Counted from the first letter of the whole stretch, positions 1 to 12,612 are shown. The stretch: 63,668 nt of DNA, filler included, from Reticulomyxa filosa (GCA_000512085.1; 19 parts of 19 records of this genome joined end to end with filler, not necessarily neighbours in it), one strand, 5' to 3'. Notes: generated from the letters alone by a model not told the origin. Program-made: numbers and translations.

Positions 1-147
1 TTTGTGGAAAGCCAATCACCATCATTTTCTATGATCCGGCATATGAGGTGTTGTCAATAAAAAAAAATTGTTTTTTAGCTGCTTTTCATAGACTGTTTTC
101 CCAAACGGATAACAACACCAAAACAATAATAAAAAAGGAATATAGTA

Positions 148-830
148 AATGAAAAAGGGTTTTTTCGATCATACTACGGACTACCAGCATTATTTGGGAG
201 TTGTATAGAGAATTTGATACTGTTTTGGTCGTATGTGATGTCCGAAAGAAGACTCGAGCATTGGAATGAAGAGCATTACGGGAAGTATCAGAAAGAGTTG
301 TCAATGGTGCAAGTCGGTTTGTGCGGTGGTTTTAGTGGCATTGGCGTTGGTTTATGACTGACACACCGTTTGAATGTGTGAAATATCAAATGCAGATCCA
401 AAACTGCATTAACGTGAAAGCTGCAGTCGGGAGTCATCCCCCTTTGGGATTCACGCAAATGTATAGCAACACGTGGCATCGCTTTCGATACATTGTGCAG
501 ACCCACACTTGGCTATTGTTTAACGGACTAACTTCGATGTTGTCTCGTGAAGTTCACGGCACTTGTATCTTTTTCATTACTTACGAATATCTTTTACAAT
601 ATCTTAATAAATCTTACAAAAAAGAATATTCCTAACTCTTCTTCTTATTCTTCCACTAGTCAAGAACTGTTCTACACTCTCATCAGCGGGGGGCTTGTCT
701 GGTGTTGTTTTTTGGTTGACCATTTATCCTTTTGATACTGTTAAAACATAACAACAATTACACTTGGACTTGAGTATCAGTCTAATTTTCTTTGCTAAAA
801 CATGGGCAAACTAATGGATTGGACAAAGGT
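148..830 (+). pseudogene. Mitochondrial carrier (SLC25, ornithine/carnitine-carrier-like) pseudogene
   Basis: Carrier motifs are spread over shifting frames: GFFRSYYGLPALFGSCIENLILFWSY..GLCGGFSGIGVG, TPFECVKYQMQ (Px[DE]xx[KR]), LFNGLTSMLSREVHG..FFITYE and GGLSGVVFWLTIYPFDTVKT. The last is followed by an in-frame TAA at 749-751. At least two frameshifts. Confidence 0.8.
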
Positions 831-2100
831 TTATATCTTCCATTTTTGTTATTGTTATTGTGCATGTAATTGGGTTGAATGACGGCAATGCATATGAATT
901 AGCTCCATTAAGGGCGCGAAGCATATGGGTATTTTTTCTTTCTTTCTAATAGGCAATCATATATGTCATTTTTTTTATGTTTATAGGAATAAACTCTTTG
1001 ATGCATTTGGGGTATGCCAAGATTGTAGCACTCATTAAAAAATTGGGCCAAAAGGAAATTAACTGTATTATTGAAGAAGAAGAAAATGGCAAAGAGAACG
1101 TGGTGATTGTAGTGACAAGATAGAATAAGATGAAGTATTATTCTAAAAAAAAAATGTTTTGTAAGGCACTTTTTATTTTTGTTTTTTTTGAAATGCTGTC
1201 TGTGCTTTGTTGCAGTTGTTGACTGGAACCAAGGCACGTGTGTTTGTTTTCTCTGCTTACGAGTGCTTTTTTAAAGCGAAATTTTGAAGGAAACTTGGTT
1301 TGGATTAACAAAATGCTGAAACATGAGGTACATTTGTTGCCTCAAAATAACAGCCATAATGGGAGAGATATTAAAAGGGTGAATATTATTTTAAAAAAAA
1401 TAAAAATAAAAAGGGTTCAAATAAACGACATAGTTTTCTTTTTTGAGCAATTCGTGAATCAGATCTACTGACATTTACTCTTCAAAGTTTTTCAAAAAAA
1501 AGGCGTTGTTGTGGATGAATAGGAAAAAACTCGACCTATTTTATTATATCCTTTTTTCATCAAGGAAATACTTTTTATAATTCTTATCTAAAAAAATATT
1601 CCACTGTTCAACATTCTCGTTGTCAATAACATTTCCATGATTATCAATTTCAACTCCAACTAATTTATCAATTTGACAATCGAATTATTATTTGTTAAAT
1701 ATGCTTTTATATCATATGCAAATCGAGCAATGTTGAAGCAAGACTGCCATTATGTTGGCGCATTCCACACGATGCTTGAAGCATTCAAATTCAAAAATGT
1801 AAACACTCAAAAATAGCATTAAGCCGTGTTGCTATTATTATTTCATTTTTGGATTATGCAAAAAATTAATATTTATGATACTGTCACCATTGAAATATTT
1901 TTCTCATATATAATGCGTAATGTATTTTTGTTATAATCTTTAATTACATTTTGATTTCTGTCATAATCTCATCACTGCCTACGTCGTGAGCATATATTTC
2001 TTAAAAATTGCTATGATGGATTTATTACTTAAAGTGATTAGTCAATTTGAAAGAATAATGGAAAAAAAGCAAAATGAATATCAGATAACTATTTTTTATT

Positions 2101-2200
2101 NNNNNNNNNNNNNNNNNNNNNNNNNNNNNNNNNNNNNNNNNNNNTTAATTAATTAANNNNNNNNNNNNNNNNNNNNNNNNNNNNNNNNNNNNNNNNNNNN
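2101..2200. other. Artificial contig-joining spacer N44-TTAATTAATTAA-N44 (first of 18)
   Basis: Identical 100-bp spacers with a six-frame-stop core at 2101-2200, 4786-4885, 9701-9800, 12513-12612, 14180-14279, 19167-19266, 20857-20956, 22666-22765, 24074-24173, 28568-28667, 29815-29914, 31111-31210, 32781-32880, 35568-35667, 39195-39294, 45664-45763, 61304-61403 and 62405-62504. Genes are cut at these boundaries. Confidence 0.98.
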
Positions 2201-2644
2201 ATCCGTCCAACTTGAACTTGTGAATTGGATGATTCAACTGTCTTGTCAATCCAATGCTCATTGGGTAGCAATACACCTCACTTTTGCAGGCGATAAATAT
2301 CAACTGACTACTTGGACAGACCACCAACAAATTCATTTTCTTTTTTTTTTTTTTTTAAAAAAAAGGGGGTAGCTTACACGAATTAAAAAAAAAAATTCAT
2401 CTAAATTCAAAAAAAAACAAACCCAATCAGAAAATTCCAAAGGTTTCAAGGTATGGACGTCATGAGAGGGATATCCAGCATAAATGCACTGCTCAAGTTC
2501 ATTTGAGATGACGAACTCGGCGCAGCAGTCGTTGGAATGAGCCGCAGATATAGGCCACGTCCAAGGACGAGGGATGATTATCTTGTCTTTGTGACTCCAA
2601 TCACATTCACTCGACAAGCTATTCTCGCTCATTTTGCATCATCA

Positions 2645-2712
<68 letters not shown>

Positions 2713-2859
2713 GTTATTAGTAGTATGTTCATCGGCGTAATTCCTTTTCATTATCTTCTTAACGTGACATAATAGACCCGTGGTGTTGTACATAGGCAGA
2801 CAAGTGCCTTTAGATATTAGTGCTCTAGGGTCAATTGATTCGATATTGTGATATTTATA

Positions 2860-2909
<50 letters not shown>

Positions 2910-3292
2910 TAATGTCAAAATACAATTTTTGTTAAAAAGGCAACCTAGCAGTCGGGTCAAGTTTTGTTGAATGAGATGACACACTTGTTCAATGTGCTGC
3001 TGTTGATGTCGCGACTCTTGCTCCCTTCGCGGAAATAATGCATTCATCAGACTTCTCCATGACGAAGTATCCACTGCGTTCTCTTGGAAAAGCAATGATA
3101 GCCTTTCCAAATCCAATAAAATGTTTTCGTTCTCGTTTTCATTCTCATTTTCATTGCCATTGTCATCCGTTGCGTCTTCTTCTTCCACTTCTTCGTCGGA
3201 TTCGTTATCTTCCTCTCTTTCCACAGCTTGTGGACGTGTCGAGGCATCTTCTTGGGATTGAGGGGTTCAGGATGTTCATCTTGTTGTGACAT
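2201..3292 (-). CDS. 5' part of an intron-containing gene with an acidic N-terminus and poly-Asn, entering a probable CRT10-like/WD40 beta-propeller
   Basis: ATG at 3292. Exons are in ORFs 2871-3224, 2629-2925, 2333-2632 and 2145-2336. The spliced W-KMNLLVVCPSSQLIFIACKSEVYCY resembles the first blade of CRT10-family proteins. Two single-base frameshifts fall in or near short homopolymers (~3262, ~2632). Truncated by a spacer. Confidence 0.5.
2645..2718. repeat. (ATT)n/(AAT)n microsatellite encoding poly-Asn on the minus strand
   Basis: Trinucleotide run visible directly. Confidence 0.95.
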
Positions 3293-3534
3293 TTTTTTTT
3301 TTTTTTTTGCTCAATGATAAATGGAACTTTTTTCCCTTTTTGCTTTTGAGCGGTTTCTCTGTTCTCAGTCTGTACCTACCTTTGCAAAAAAATTTATTGA
3401 GAAACGCTTCGAAAATGTAAAGAATAAATTCTAAAAAACTAGTAGCTGGCCATAATTTACCATTTCAAGTGTCAATTAAACAGGTCTAACTTGTGTGCTT
3501 TTTGATTCGCTGTGGTGCCCCCTTGAGACACATC

Positions 3535-3959
3535 ATGACCGCTGTCAGTGCAAAGGAACACGACACTTCGAATGTAGCAGTTCATGAAGAAGTGGAGTTT
3601 AAGGTAATGTATCCTTTCATCTTTTTTTATTTCTTTATTGACAACCTTGGAAGCCGGAAGAGGCTGCAGAAACGACAAAAACGTTTTGGATAGGACCTGG
3701 AGTATGTGGAAGGTCTGGAAGGTTACGTTTACCCCTGTCCTTGTGGAGACGAATTTTTTATTTCAGTGGAAGATATGCTCACTGGATATGATATTGCTGT
3801 GTGTCCAAGTTGTTCTCTCAAAGTCAGGGTCCACTTCGACATTGTTAAGCTTTTTACATTAACAAAAAGAGATAACTGATAACATCAAAACAACAAATCA
3901 AACAAAAACAATAGGAAGAGATCAAAAAGCTTCATGAAAATGAGCAAACCAAAAAATGA
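3535..3959 (+). CDS. DPH3: Diphthamide biosynthesis protein 3 (CSL zinc finger), three exons
   Basis: Exons 3535-3603, 3694-3843 and 3915-3959 with GT-AG introns give [87 protein letters not shown]. The YPCPCGD...CPSCSL signature is present. Not captured by the ORF track. Confidence 0.93.
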
Positions 3960-4541
3960 AATTAGCCATCCTTTTTTTTTATCATCTTTTTAAATGTATC
4001 CAAAAAAAAAACTCTTTCGTTTGCTTCTTTTTCTTTTTTTTTTTTTTTTTTTGGCTTGGTTTAGTAGTCTGGTTTCATTAATTTCAGTAAAACTTGATCT
4101 TTTCTATTTCTTGTTATTATTTTCTATCGCACTTTTCACTCACACTTTTTTCTTCACAAAAATTCTAAAATGTCAAGTTCGTGAAGATTTTTTTTCTTCT
4201 GAACTTTACTTTTATTTTCTTCATATACTTGGATGACTGTTTTGAATGATATGCATTTAAAAAAAAAAAAGTGCCACAATTCTTTTTTTTCCATCAGTAT
4301 TGATTTGCAAAAGACTAAAGCTGCATTAACTTAAATACTGCTATGGAATTGTTTTGTTTGATGTTTTTTTAAATGGACTTTAAACTGTACAAACAGTAAG
4401 ATCAACGAGATTGACAATATAACTAAAAACAAATTACACCTTGACGATAATAATATAAAAAAATTTTTTTTTTTTTTTTAAAATTCTTTTTTCTTTTGAA
4501 GGAAAAAGTAATTGTGGAAGCAATCACATTGAATGTGAGTT

Positions 4542-4785
4542 TCAAAATGGTCTCCACAGTCGAATGATTTCATCATTTGAAGATGAAACAATTGTATTTC
4601 CATCAGATGAAATGTCCAGTCCTGTAACTTTAGTAAAATGTCCTTCTAATGTTTGTATTTCCACTCCTAAATGTACATCCCATAATCGAATTGTCCAATC
4701 CCATGAACATGATACAATAGTTTGACCATCTGATGAAAATTTGACATCACTTATAAGATCTAAATGTCCTTTGAATTGTTTTAAT
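4542..4785 (-). CDS. 3' end of a WD40-repeat protein
   Basis: LKQFKGHLDLISDVKFSSDGQTIVSCSWDWTIRLWDV...LEGHFTKVTGLDISSDGNTIVSSSNDEIIRLWRPF*: two GH..WD repeats. The 5' part is cut by a spacer. Confidence 0.9.
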
Positions 4786-4885
4786 NNNNNNNNNNNNNNN
4801 NNNNNNNNNNNNNNNNNNNNNNNNNNNNNTTAATTAATTAANNNNNNNNNNNNNNNNNNNNNNNNNNNNNNNNNNNNNNNNNNNN

Positions 4886-4923
<38 letters not shown>

Positions 4924-4966
4924 TATTATATATGTATATGTATATAAAAACTCCCCTCCCCCTTTT

Positions 4967-5932
4967 TCAATTGTGTGTTGAAGAGAAGAGAAAGCGAACG
5001 AAATAAGAACAGCGACAGCGTGAGCAATCGTGTGTTTCAAGCCATTCGTCCAAGGCCTTGACGCCGAAATCAGTGGGGTTATCAGTTTCGTAGTGTGCGT
5101 TGCAAGTGGTGAGAACGGGGTCGATGACGACGAGCACAAAGGTGTGTTCGGGACGCGGACGCGTGCGTATTTGCAAGAGCGCTTGAGACACGGATTGGAC
5201 ATGGCACTGTTGAATGAAGGTGTCCATGGAGACGCCGTAGCCTTGCCAGTCTCGGACGAGGTTGAGTCCGCGCGTGATGGCGGCGAAGCAATGTTGATAC
5301 CTGCCGACGACCGGGTCATGGACACAAGGACGGCCACTGTTGGGTTCGATCTTGACAAAGATGTTATGGTTCAAGGGCAAAAACGGGGCTTGGACTGTTG
5401 CCCAACGCCGACGGTCTTGGTACTCGAACAACACTGTTTCGACGGGCCAAATGCACAGGTCGTAACGCGAGTGATAGATTTGGTTCACACAAGCGGCTAT
5501 TGCCGATAAATACTGCGACACTTGTCTCTCCGTGTTGAAATGGTATTCGTTATCTTCGTTTGGGTCGCGTGCCAATTTCAACAGTCGTGTCACCACTTCA
5601 CCTCCATCACTTGGCTTCAGATATACCACAACCAACTCGTGACAGCTCCCTGCTATTCGACAACGCATTGGCGCAAATGCGTACTGCGCTGCATTGTCCA
5701 CGCTCTCGTCAAATCGGATCCATTTCAACAACGGCTTCCATTCCATCACCGCTGGCCTCTCTGCTGATATCGACTCTTTCATTATCTTTGACATCGTCTC
5801 GTAGTTCATCTCATACTTCCCATCGCTTGATCGACCTGTCGACTTGCTTTTCTTTTCTTTCCCTTTCTTGCTTTTGCTTTTACTTTTGCTTTTGCCTTTG
5901 CTCTTGCTTTTACTTTGGGTAGCTCCTGGCAT
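4967..5932 (-). CDS. Divergent alpha-kinase (MHCK/eEF2K-type atypical kinase) with a Lys/Ser-repeat N-terminus
   Basis: Motifs in the alpha-kinase order: RLLK (catalytic Lys), APFL..FVKIEPNSG, YQHCF (FSHF), LVRDWQG (DLQG), VIDP (LTDP), and PTDFGVKALDEWLETHDCSRC (Gly loop plus His/Cys zinc site). The 3' end may continue after an intron. Confidence 0.75.
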   Translation of the reverse strand: MPGATQSKSKSKGKSKSKSKSKKGKEKKSKSTGRSSDGKYEMNYETMSKIMKESISAERPAVMEWKPLLKWIRFDESVDNAAQYAFAPMRCRIAGSCHELVVVYLKPSDGGEVVTRLLKLARDPNEDNEYHFNTERQVSQYLSAIAACVNQIYHSRYDLCIWPVETVLFEYQDRRRWATVQAPFLPLNHNIFVKIEPNSGRPCVHDPVVGRYQHCFAAITRGLNLVRDWQGYGVSMDTFIQQCHVQSVSQALLQIRTRPRPEHTFVLVVIDPVLTTCNAHYETDNPTDFGVKALDEWLETHDCSRCRCSYFVRFLFSSTHN

Positions 5933-7863
5933 TATTCACCAACCCACCGATACAAACAAAACAAATATTGAAGGCCAATGGAATAACTGCTATCTTGCGT
6001 GGGAGATTGAAAGCATTCGATATTCCCAAAATTTAGCACAAACCCACTTGCTTCCCTAGGTGGAGAGAGAAAAGGCGAAGACGGACAACGACACTTAGGC
6101 AAAAGAAATTTAAACAAATATACTTGCTCAGCTTTTCTTTTTGAAAATTGGTGACATGTATCTCTAGTGATAAGATTACACAGCTAAATCGTCACACATT
6201 CAAATGTAGACTATGAAAACATCCAAAAGATGTGCAAGAAAGCAAGTTACGTTTATATAATTCAATCAAAGCCGTTAGAGCCAGATATTGTCAAATGTAT
6301 AACATCAAATATTTTAATAATTTTTGTAATTTTTTTTAAAGATCAATGCGCAAATTAGCGCTAAACTTGCAAACCGAGTTAGTCGCCTTATTCAAAAGAA
6401 CATAGCACATATAAAAAAGAAACGATACAAATAATAATTCGCATAAATACTTACAATAAAAAAAATTTAGCATGTTATAACATTTGTTGGTTTTGCATGT
6501 CTTTTGATAGAATTCTGTAGCTGATGTAATGCAATCTGAAGTGTCTGCGTCACCAGATTAAGCTATTAAAATTTTTTTGCCAAAGAAAGAGATAGATCTC
6601 TTTCTCCGTTTATTTTCTTTTGATCGTTTAAATTTTTTCTAAATTTTTCATTTAAAATAATTGCTATGTTTGTCTATTTTGAGTTCCTTTTAATTTGGTA
6701 TGTTTGCTTTTTCAATTAATTGATTTTCTTCGAAGCTTTTTCATTTCGACTTGTCCTATTGTAAAATCAGCATATTTTTAACAACATTAACATCTGATTT
6801 TAGTGTGTTTTATTTGTTTAGTTGATAATTGCTACTCACAAAACAAATTAGCAACTTTTCTTGTTCTTTTTGTTTTCTAACTTGTTCAACCGAATTTTAA
6901 TGAATGAGTAACAAATCGTAATTTCAAAGATTGATAAATTGCTTTGATGTTATACAATTAATCAACAAGTTATGCATTGATGTAGTCAATGTTTTCATAT
7001 AATACAATACACTAACAGCACTTCTTTATGTTTATATTCGTTGTCAAAAATATAACATGTAATATCTTTATTAACTGTTGATTTATTTATCTTTTCAACA
7101 ATTCCCTCCAGCGTTTGGTTGTTACAGTCTTTATTGACATATCGGTAACTCCATGTTTTTTGTAATCGATAATGAAGTCTAATATTCTAATAACTTACGA
7201 TAATGCTCAACTATTTATGTTCGTAAATTTCGTGATAGTTTTATTGTTGTATTTGCATTATATACTATTTTTGATTGTTTTTAAATGCGAACACAATAGT
7301 TGGAAATTGCTTTAATGTATAATTTACTTCCTTTTTACGACTTGCAATATTTACATAGTTTTCCATTTAAAAATAACAATAGCTTTTCCAAAAATTTCAA
7401 GAAATTTTTGAACACCTTTGATAAACCGAAATACTGACCTTGACTTTTCAAATGAACACCAAATTTCTACAGATATCGAAGTCAGTAACTAACTCAAATA
7501 CAAATCTTGTTCAAACTACAACTTTTTCGTAGTGTTGAAAATTATTATCAAGTGTGCTATGTTTTTAAATTTTTTTATTTTGTAATAAAATAAATTTTTT
7601 TGAAGCTTTTACTTTTATTTGATGTACAGCACTTTTTTAATGTACTGTTTTGTCTTCTGTTCATTTCAAATAGCTTCTTGTTTTTGTTAACAACCCGATT
7701 TGTTCGGAAACGAGCAAGAAAGGACAATGAGCGACAGTTTTCATTAACATTGCCACTGAAGGCCTAATATTGCTTTTACGTCGTAACTATTAGTCTTTCC
7801 ATTCTCCGTGGTTTAGGTACTTCTTTTGTTACAAACAAAAAAACTCGTCGAAATAGATTCACA

Positions 7864-8890
7864 ATGTTTTCAAGCACAACAGCAAATTCAGAGATCATTC
7901 AAAGATCATGGTTGAATAAGTTTACAAAAATGACAGAAGCACAGTTGTTGTATTTGGAAAATAGCTATAAAGCAAAAGTTGAGATTTTGTTAAACGACCA
8001 AACAAACGAAATCGGTTATACTTATGGTTGGGAAAAAACAAAAGATAACATCTATTCGTGAAGACACGTTGGGAGGTCCCAGCAACAAAATTCATTTACA
8101 CCATGCGTCTTCCAGCAGTCAGTCAATATCTGAAAAGGAAGCAGACCTACCATTGGAGCATTTGTTAGGTACGCTTTTGAGAAATCGTGTTAGCCTACTA
8201 TGCCAACCATATGTTATTATTAGTTGTCCCCCTTTTTTTTCCTCTCCCCCCCTTCTTCTTCCCTTTCCCTTCTTTTCAATTCTGCTCGTATCAGAGAGAA
8301 TTTGTTTGATTGAATAGAAACAAGTTCCAGGAACAATACTACGCACAGTCTTTTCGGCGTGACTTCCAATCGTTGGGTGGACAATCCACGAATATTGGCC
8401 ACCAACAGTGAGGCGCAAACGTCTTCCACTTCGTTTCGTCGAGTGAATGACAGCAGAAGTACTCCAAGCATTGGCACCACCCGAGTTAGTTTTTCATTCT
8501 TCATTAAAAAACAAGACAACACCGAATTTATTTAATTATTTATTTTGAGATAGCGTGCGTTGAGATTGGACGAAAGCCAAAGCAATAGTTTTAATCGAAA
8601 TGACAATAATTATCGCCAATCTCGTAACTTGTCCAGAAATTCAAATCATCAAAGCCAATCCCAATCATCGCTTTTGGCTAATGATATCAACCGTGATGCC
8701 AATATGAACGACTCTGTCTCACGCCCTGTTGCAAATTCTTCTCGTGTCGATGCCAATCAAACACCGATTTTCGGCCGATGTTTGTTTAAGTCTATTGTTT
8801 ATTTTCTTTGTTTTTTTTTTTGACCTCACTCTTTTTTTTTTTATGATTTATAACAAAACACAGAAATGGCATCCCAGTTTACAGTATAAG
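7864..8890 (+). CDS. Hypothetical multi-exon Ser/Asn-rich protein (possible frameshift near 8040)
   Basis: Coding-like segments 7864-8061, ~8045-8212, ~8317-8484 and ~8554-8780 are separated by GT..AG AT-rich stretches. No recognised domain. Confidence 0.4.
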
Positions 8891-9434
8891 GCCCGTCAGA
8901 AAAAGAAAACACTTGCCGAAACTTTTATTGCTCATGTGGTAAATAATGGCATTTTTTTTTTATGTTTTAGACAATGTCACATTTTTCCAAAACTATTTAA
9001 ATTTTTACTTTTTCAATATAATGGTTCACTTTTCAACTTTCAATAATTTTCAAAATAACCTTGGATCTTGTAAAAACATCCAAAAAAAAAAATAAGCCAA
9101 TAAAAGAGCGTTAGTGCAAAAGTTACTCACACATTGTAGCAATTGAAAAGTGAGTAACTGGTGTTGTTCGTCGAAACACCATTGTTTTTTTTTACACATA
9201 CTGTAAGTCAAGAGGAATGACAATATCACTTAAAAAAATCCTATTGACAATGAACTCAAGTGAATGGAAAAAATTTGCTCGGGCATCAAGAGTTTCTTGA
9301 AATAGGTTTTTCGCCCTTTAACAATTACAGCTGTGCAAATTGTTTTGGCTAAACTTTCTCCTGCCCCACTGAAAAATCTTTCCCAACACGAGCAAAAAAA
9401 AAAAAAGAAGGAAACAAAACGCGTTCTCCTTTTT

Positions 9435-9596
9435 CTAAATACATTCATTGATGTTAGTTTTGTTCAGTTGCAACGACTTTCTTTTGTGCCTTTTGCTTTT
9501 TTGCGCTTGTGCAACTTCTGTGTTGTCTTCAATATCTTCCTTCTCTTCTTGTTTGAGTGGCTTGACTGGTGCATCAGGCATAGACAATGCAACCTC
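9435..9596 (-). CDS. Terminal exon of an unidentified gene
   Basis: After a TTGTAG acceptor the frame reads EVALSMPDAPVKPLKQEEKEDIEDNTEVAQAQK..., loosely like ESCRT-III/Snf7 C-terminal tails. Upstream sequence is lost at a spacer. Confidence 0.3.
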   Translation of the reverse strand, partial: EVALSMPDAPVKPLKQEEKEDIEDNTEVAQAQKSKRHKRKSLQLNKTNINECI

Positions 9597-9660
9597 CTAC
9601 AATTCCAAATGATGCTTCGTTTAAAAATGATAACATAACTACGTAAACAAACAATGAGCA

Positions 9661-9700
<40 letters not shown>

Positions 9701-10928
9701 NNNNNNNNNNNNNNNNNNNNNNNNNNNNNNNNNNNNNNNNNNNNTTAATTAATTAANNNNNNNNNNNNNNNNNNNNNNNNNNNNNNNNNNNNNNNNNNNN
9801 AAAAAAAAAGTACCTATTTGAATAATTAATATTCTTCATATCATGATTTGCTATACAAGTTCGGTATTTCATTGAGTTTTTTAGCTTTAGGCTCTCTTCA
9901 CAAAACGAATTTCCAAACAAGTCTTCTGTTTAAGTTGTTGTGGCATAACACCAAATGGTTTTGGGGTTATTTTGTAATGGCTTTGATGTACCTGAAACAA
10001 CATTTTATTGTTTTTTTTCTGTTGATTGTTAACCCTGCCTTTTTTTTTTTGTCCAAATGTTGGAAATGATTGCATATTATCGATACAAAAACAAGTCTTA
10101 TCTTAAATGGCTTTTGAACTTTTTTTTTGTGCCTTTGGGAAGAGTTCTATTTTTCTTTCAAAAAAAAGTAGTTAAAGTGCTTGGCAGGTTAACCCTTGCA
10201 AAAAAATAAAATTCTTGCTTCCAAAAAATACATTTACTATTTTGAACCGTGTGCCAGTGGAAAATAACAATAAAATAACATTCTATAAAAAAAAATTTTC
10301 TGGCCAGTTAGGGCACTCCTCCACAATACCTATTTTCGAGTGATAACACTATCCACACGGTAATTTTAATTGCCATTGTCGACTATTGAAAGCAGGTAAG
10401 TGATTGTTTCTAAAACGTCGAAAAGTAATTGTTTTTTGACCATTTCACATACTCTGAAAGTTTCGTTGTAGGATTACTTTACTTCTTTTTACATTTCGTC
10501 CACAAACAGAAAATGACAGAAAATTTTCTCTTTACAGTAAAGAACAGTTAAATTTAATCAGTTGGTGTTCTGGGTTATGTATTATTGAAACAGCAAACAA
10601 CTTTTCAAATAAATTTATTCTGTTTACGTATATATTGGATTCGAATAAATCCAAGGCAATTTATCTTTTTTGTTTTGCTTTGTTACAAAAAGAAATTTTA
10701 AAAAATTACAAAAGCTTGGATAATGATAACGCCAAGTTGGCATTGTTACGAATTTTTTTTTATTATTGGTTGTTGAAGCAGAAAAGAGTTGTGACAAAAA
10801 AGATTAGTTTGAGTGAGTCTCTATATCAAAGTAAAAATCAGTTGTTGAACAAAATCAATGTTGAAAGCGCAAAAAGATATATTCAACAAAAATGTACATG
10901 GGGGGGTGTTGGAATAGAGCAAAGTCGA

Positions 10929-12060
10929 TCACTTTCTTTCAGACATTAATGAAGCGGAAACAGCATTGATTGTTTTCTTAGCCAACGTTTTTACTTTACT
11001 TTCAGATGGTCTTCCCCCCATAATAGTCCAAAACTCTTTGTTCGCAGTGGTTGTATCTTCCTTGAATCCACTAATGGTGACAACGTGAGTGACTTTGTCA
11101 TAGCGCTGGGCTTTCATTTCAGCGGTTATCACATTTGACTTTGTCCTATCTCGAGTGCTGGCTTTCTCGCCAACAAACCGGAATATTTTTGTGCCTGTGT
11201 CAAGGATATGTACCTTTCTTTTATTTAATTTGGTATTTCGTAATGTAACTTCAAGTAATAGCACGTGCCCCGTTCCCTATTCAACAGGTACATGCATATA
11301 TATTTATGTATGTACACGCATACTTTTGTTCCACACACACACACACTCTGTCTTTATCTCTTTGTGTACATTAAGAAAATACACATCGCAAACGCAAAGT
11401 GGGAAAAGAGAGAGAGAGAGAGTCACATTGTGGAAAAGTGCTTAACTCCAACAAACTTGAACAATCTTGGCTTAGCATCAGATCTGGCCCTTTTTTTAAA
11501 AGGACAAGGCAAAAAAAAGGTTTTGTTTTGGCTCATAAATACATATGTGATATGTTTTGTGTGTATATTACAAAATTAGTACCAAATGTTGGTTTCGAAA
11601 TCTCCCAAGTAAATTACAATTTTGGGGAACAGCCGACAAAATTTGACAGGTTCAGCCTCTTTTTGTCAAAGTGAAAAAAAAACAGAGTTTATACGTTATT
11701 GCATGTTATGACTCCATGTTTGGAAAAGAAATGTGAGACTTGAACCTTGTGAAACGCGGAACAACACAGGCTCATCCGGAAGAAGTGAAAAGAGTTCGAC
11801 GATTTTGAAGCTTACCAAATCGGAGTCATCTTCTCCTGCGTTCTTGCCATGCCAACTATACAGCTGTATTTGTTGGTTTGAATAAAGCAGACACAGTCTC
11901 TTAGTATTGTCGCTGCAATCATTGAATTTTTTCCATTCATTGTTTTTTGTTTTTGTTTTTGTTTTTGAGAAAAAAAAAAAAAAAGATAGCACATACGTCG
12001 TATTCTTTTTCACCATCTTTGTTGATCTATGCAAGACAAAGGAGACAAAGGAATGCAAAC

Positions 12061-12094
<34 letters not shown>

Positions 12095-12512
12095 AGTGAA
12101 CAAAACTTGAGTGTTCAAAATGATATAACAATGTTTAGAAAAGAAGATGCCATAAAATTCTTTGGACAAAAGAGTGAGTTCAGAATCTTGAGTCATCCAA
12201 ATTTGCGTTCCGATTTCTTTTCCAGGATTTACAAAGGTGGAGAATGTGGAAGGGGCGCCTGGAGTGTCCTTTACTTTTTTATTGACTTCACTTTCCGTCC
12301 TAGTGCGGTGTTTACTGACTTTCTTTTTGCTAGCAGAAGGAGACGCCACTGGTGATTTTGTTGATGATCTCGTTGAAGGCTTTGTTGATGACATTGCTGA
12401 TGACATTGCTGAAGGCTTTGTTGATGACATTGCAAATGGCATTGTTGATGACATTGCTGATGACATTACTGATGACATTGCTGAAGGCTTTGTTGATGAC
12501 ATTGCAAATGGC
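10929..12512 (-). CDS. Gelsolin/villin-family protein with two gelsolin repeats and a Ser-rich repeat N-terminus (5' partial)
   Basis: G1-like: GTQIW...FYGIFFSKHCYIILNT..LYSWHGKNA..FRVSQG. G2-like: KPRLFKFVG-GTGHVLLLEV..LNKRKVHILDTGTKIFRFVGEKAS..EFWTIMGG. About five introns and one apparent 1-nt deletion near 11620. Confidence 0.8.
12355..12512. repeat. 12/24-bp tandem repeat (GATGACATTGCT / GAAGGCTTTGTT units) encoding SSAM/SSTKPSAM on the minus strand
   Basis: Periodicity is visible directly, in frame with the gelsolin exon, and runs into the spacer. Confidence 0.9.
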
Positions 12513-12612
12513 NNNNNNNNNNNNNNNNNNNNNNNNNNNNNNNNNNNNNNNNNNNNTTAATTAATTAANNNNNNNNNNNNNNNNNNNNNNNNNNNNNNNN
12601 NNNNNNNNNNNN

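Noticed and set aside
891-927. Possible further micro-inversion between two CATATG palindromes (flipped, it reads MLRALNGANSY, loosely like the carrier's last LRAxxxNG helix)
   Set aside because: The match is short, needs extra deletions and has no clear splice acceptor upstream, so it cannot be distinguished from chance without the parent gene.
5030-5509. 159-aa plus-strand ORF and other overlapping ORFs
   Set aside because: Antisense shadows of the GC-rich alpha-kinase frame, with no motifs of their own.
12237-12512. Plus-strand acidic DDIA/EGFV repeat ORF
   Set aside because: Antisense reading of the 12-bp repeat. The minus frame is the one continuous with the gelsolin domain.
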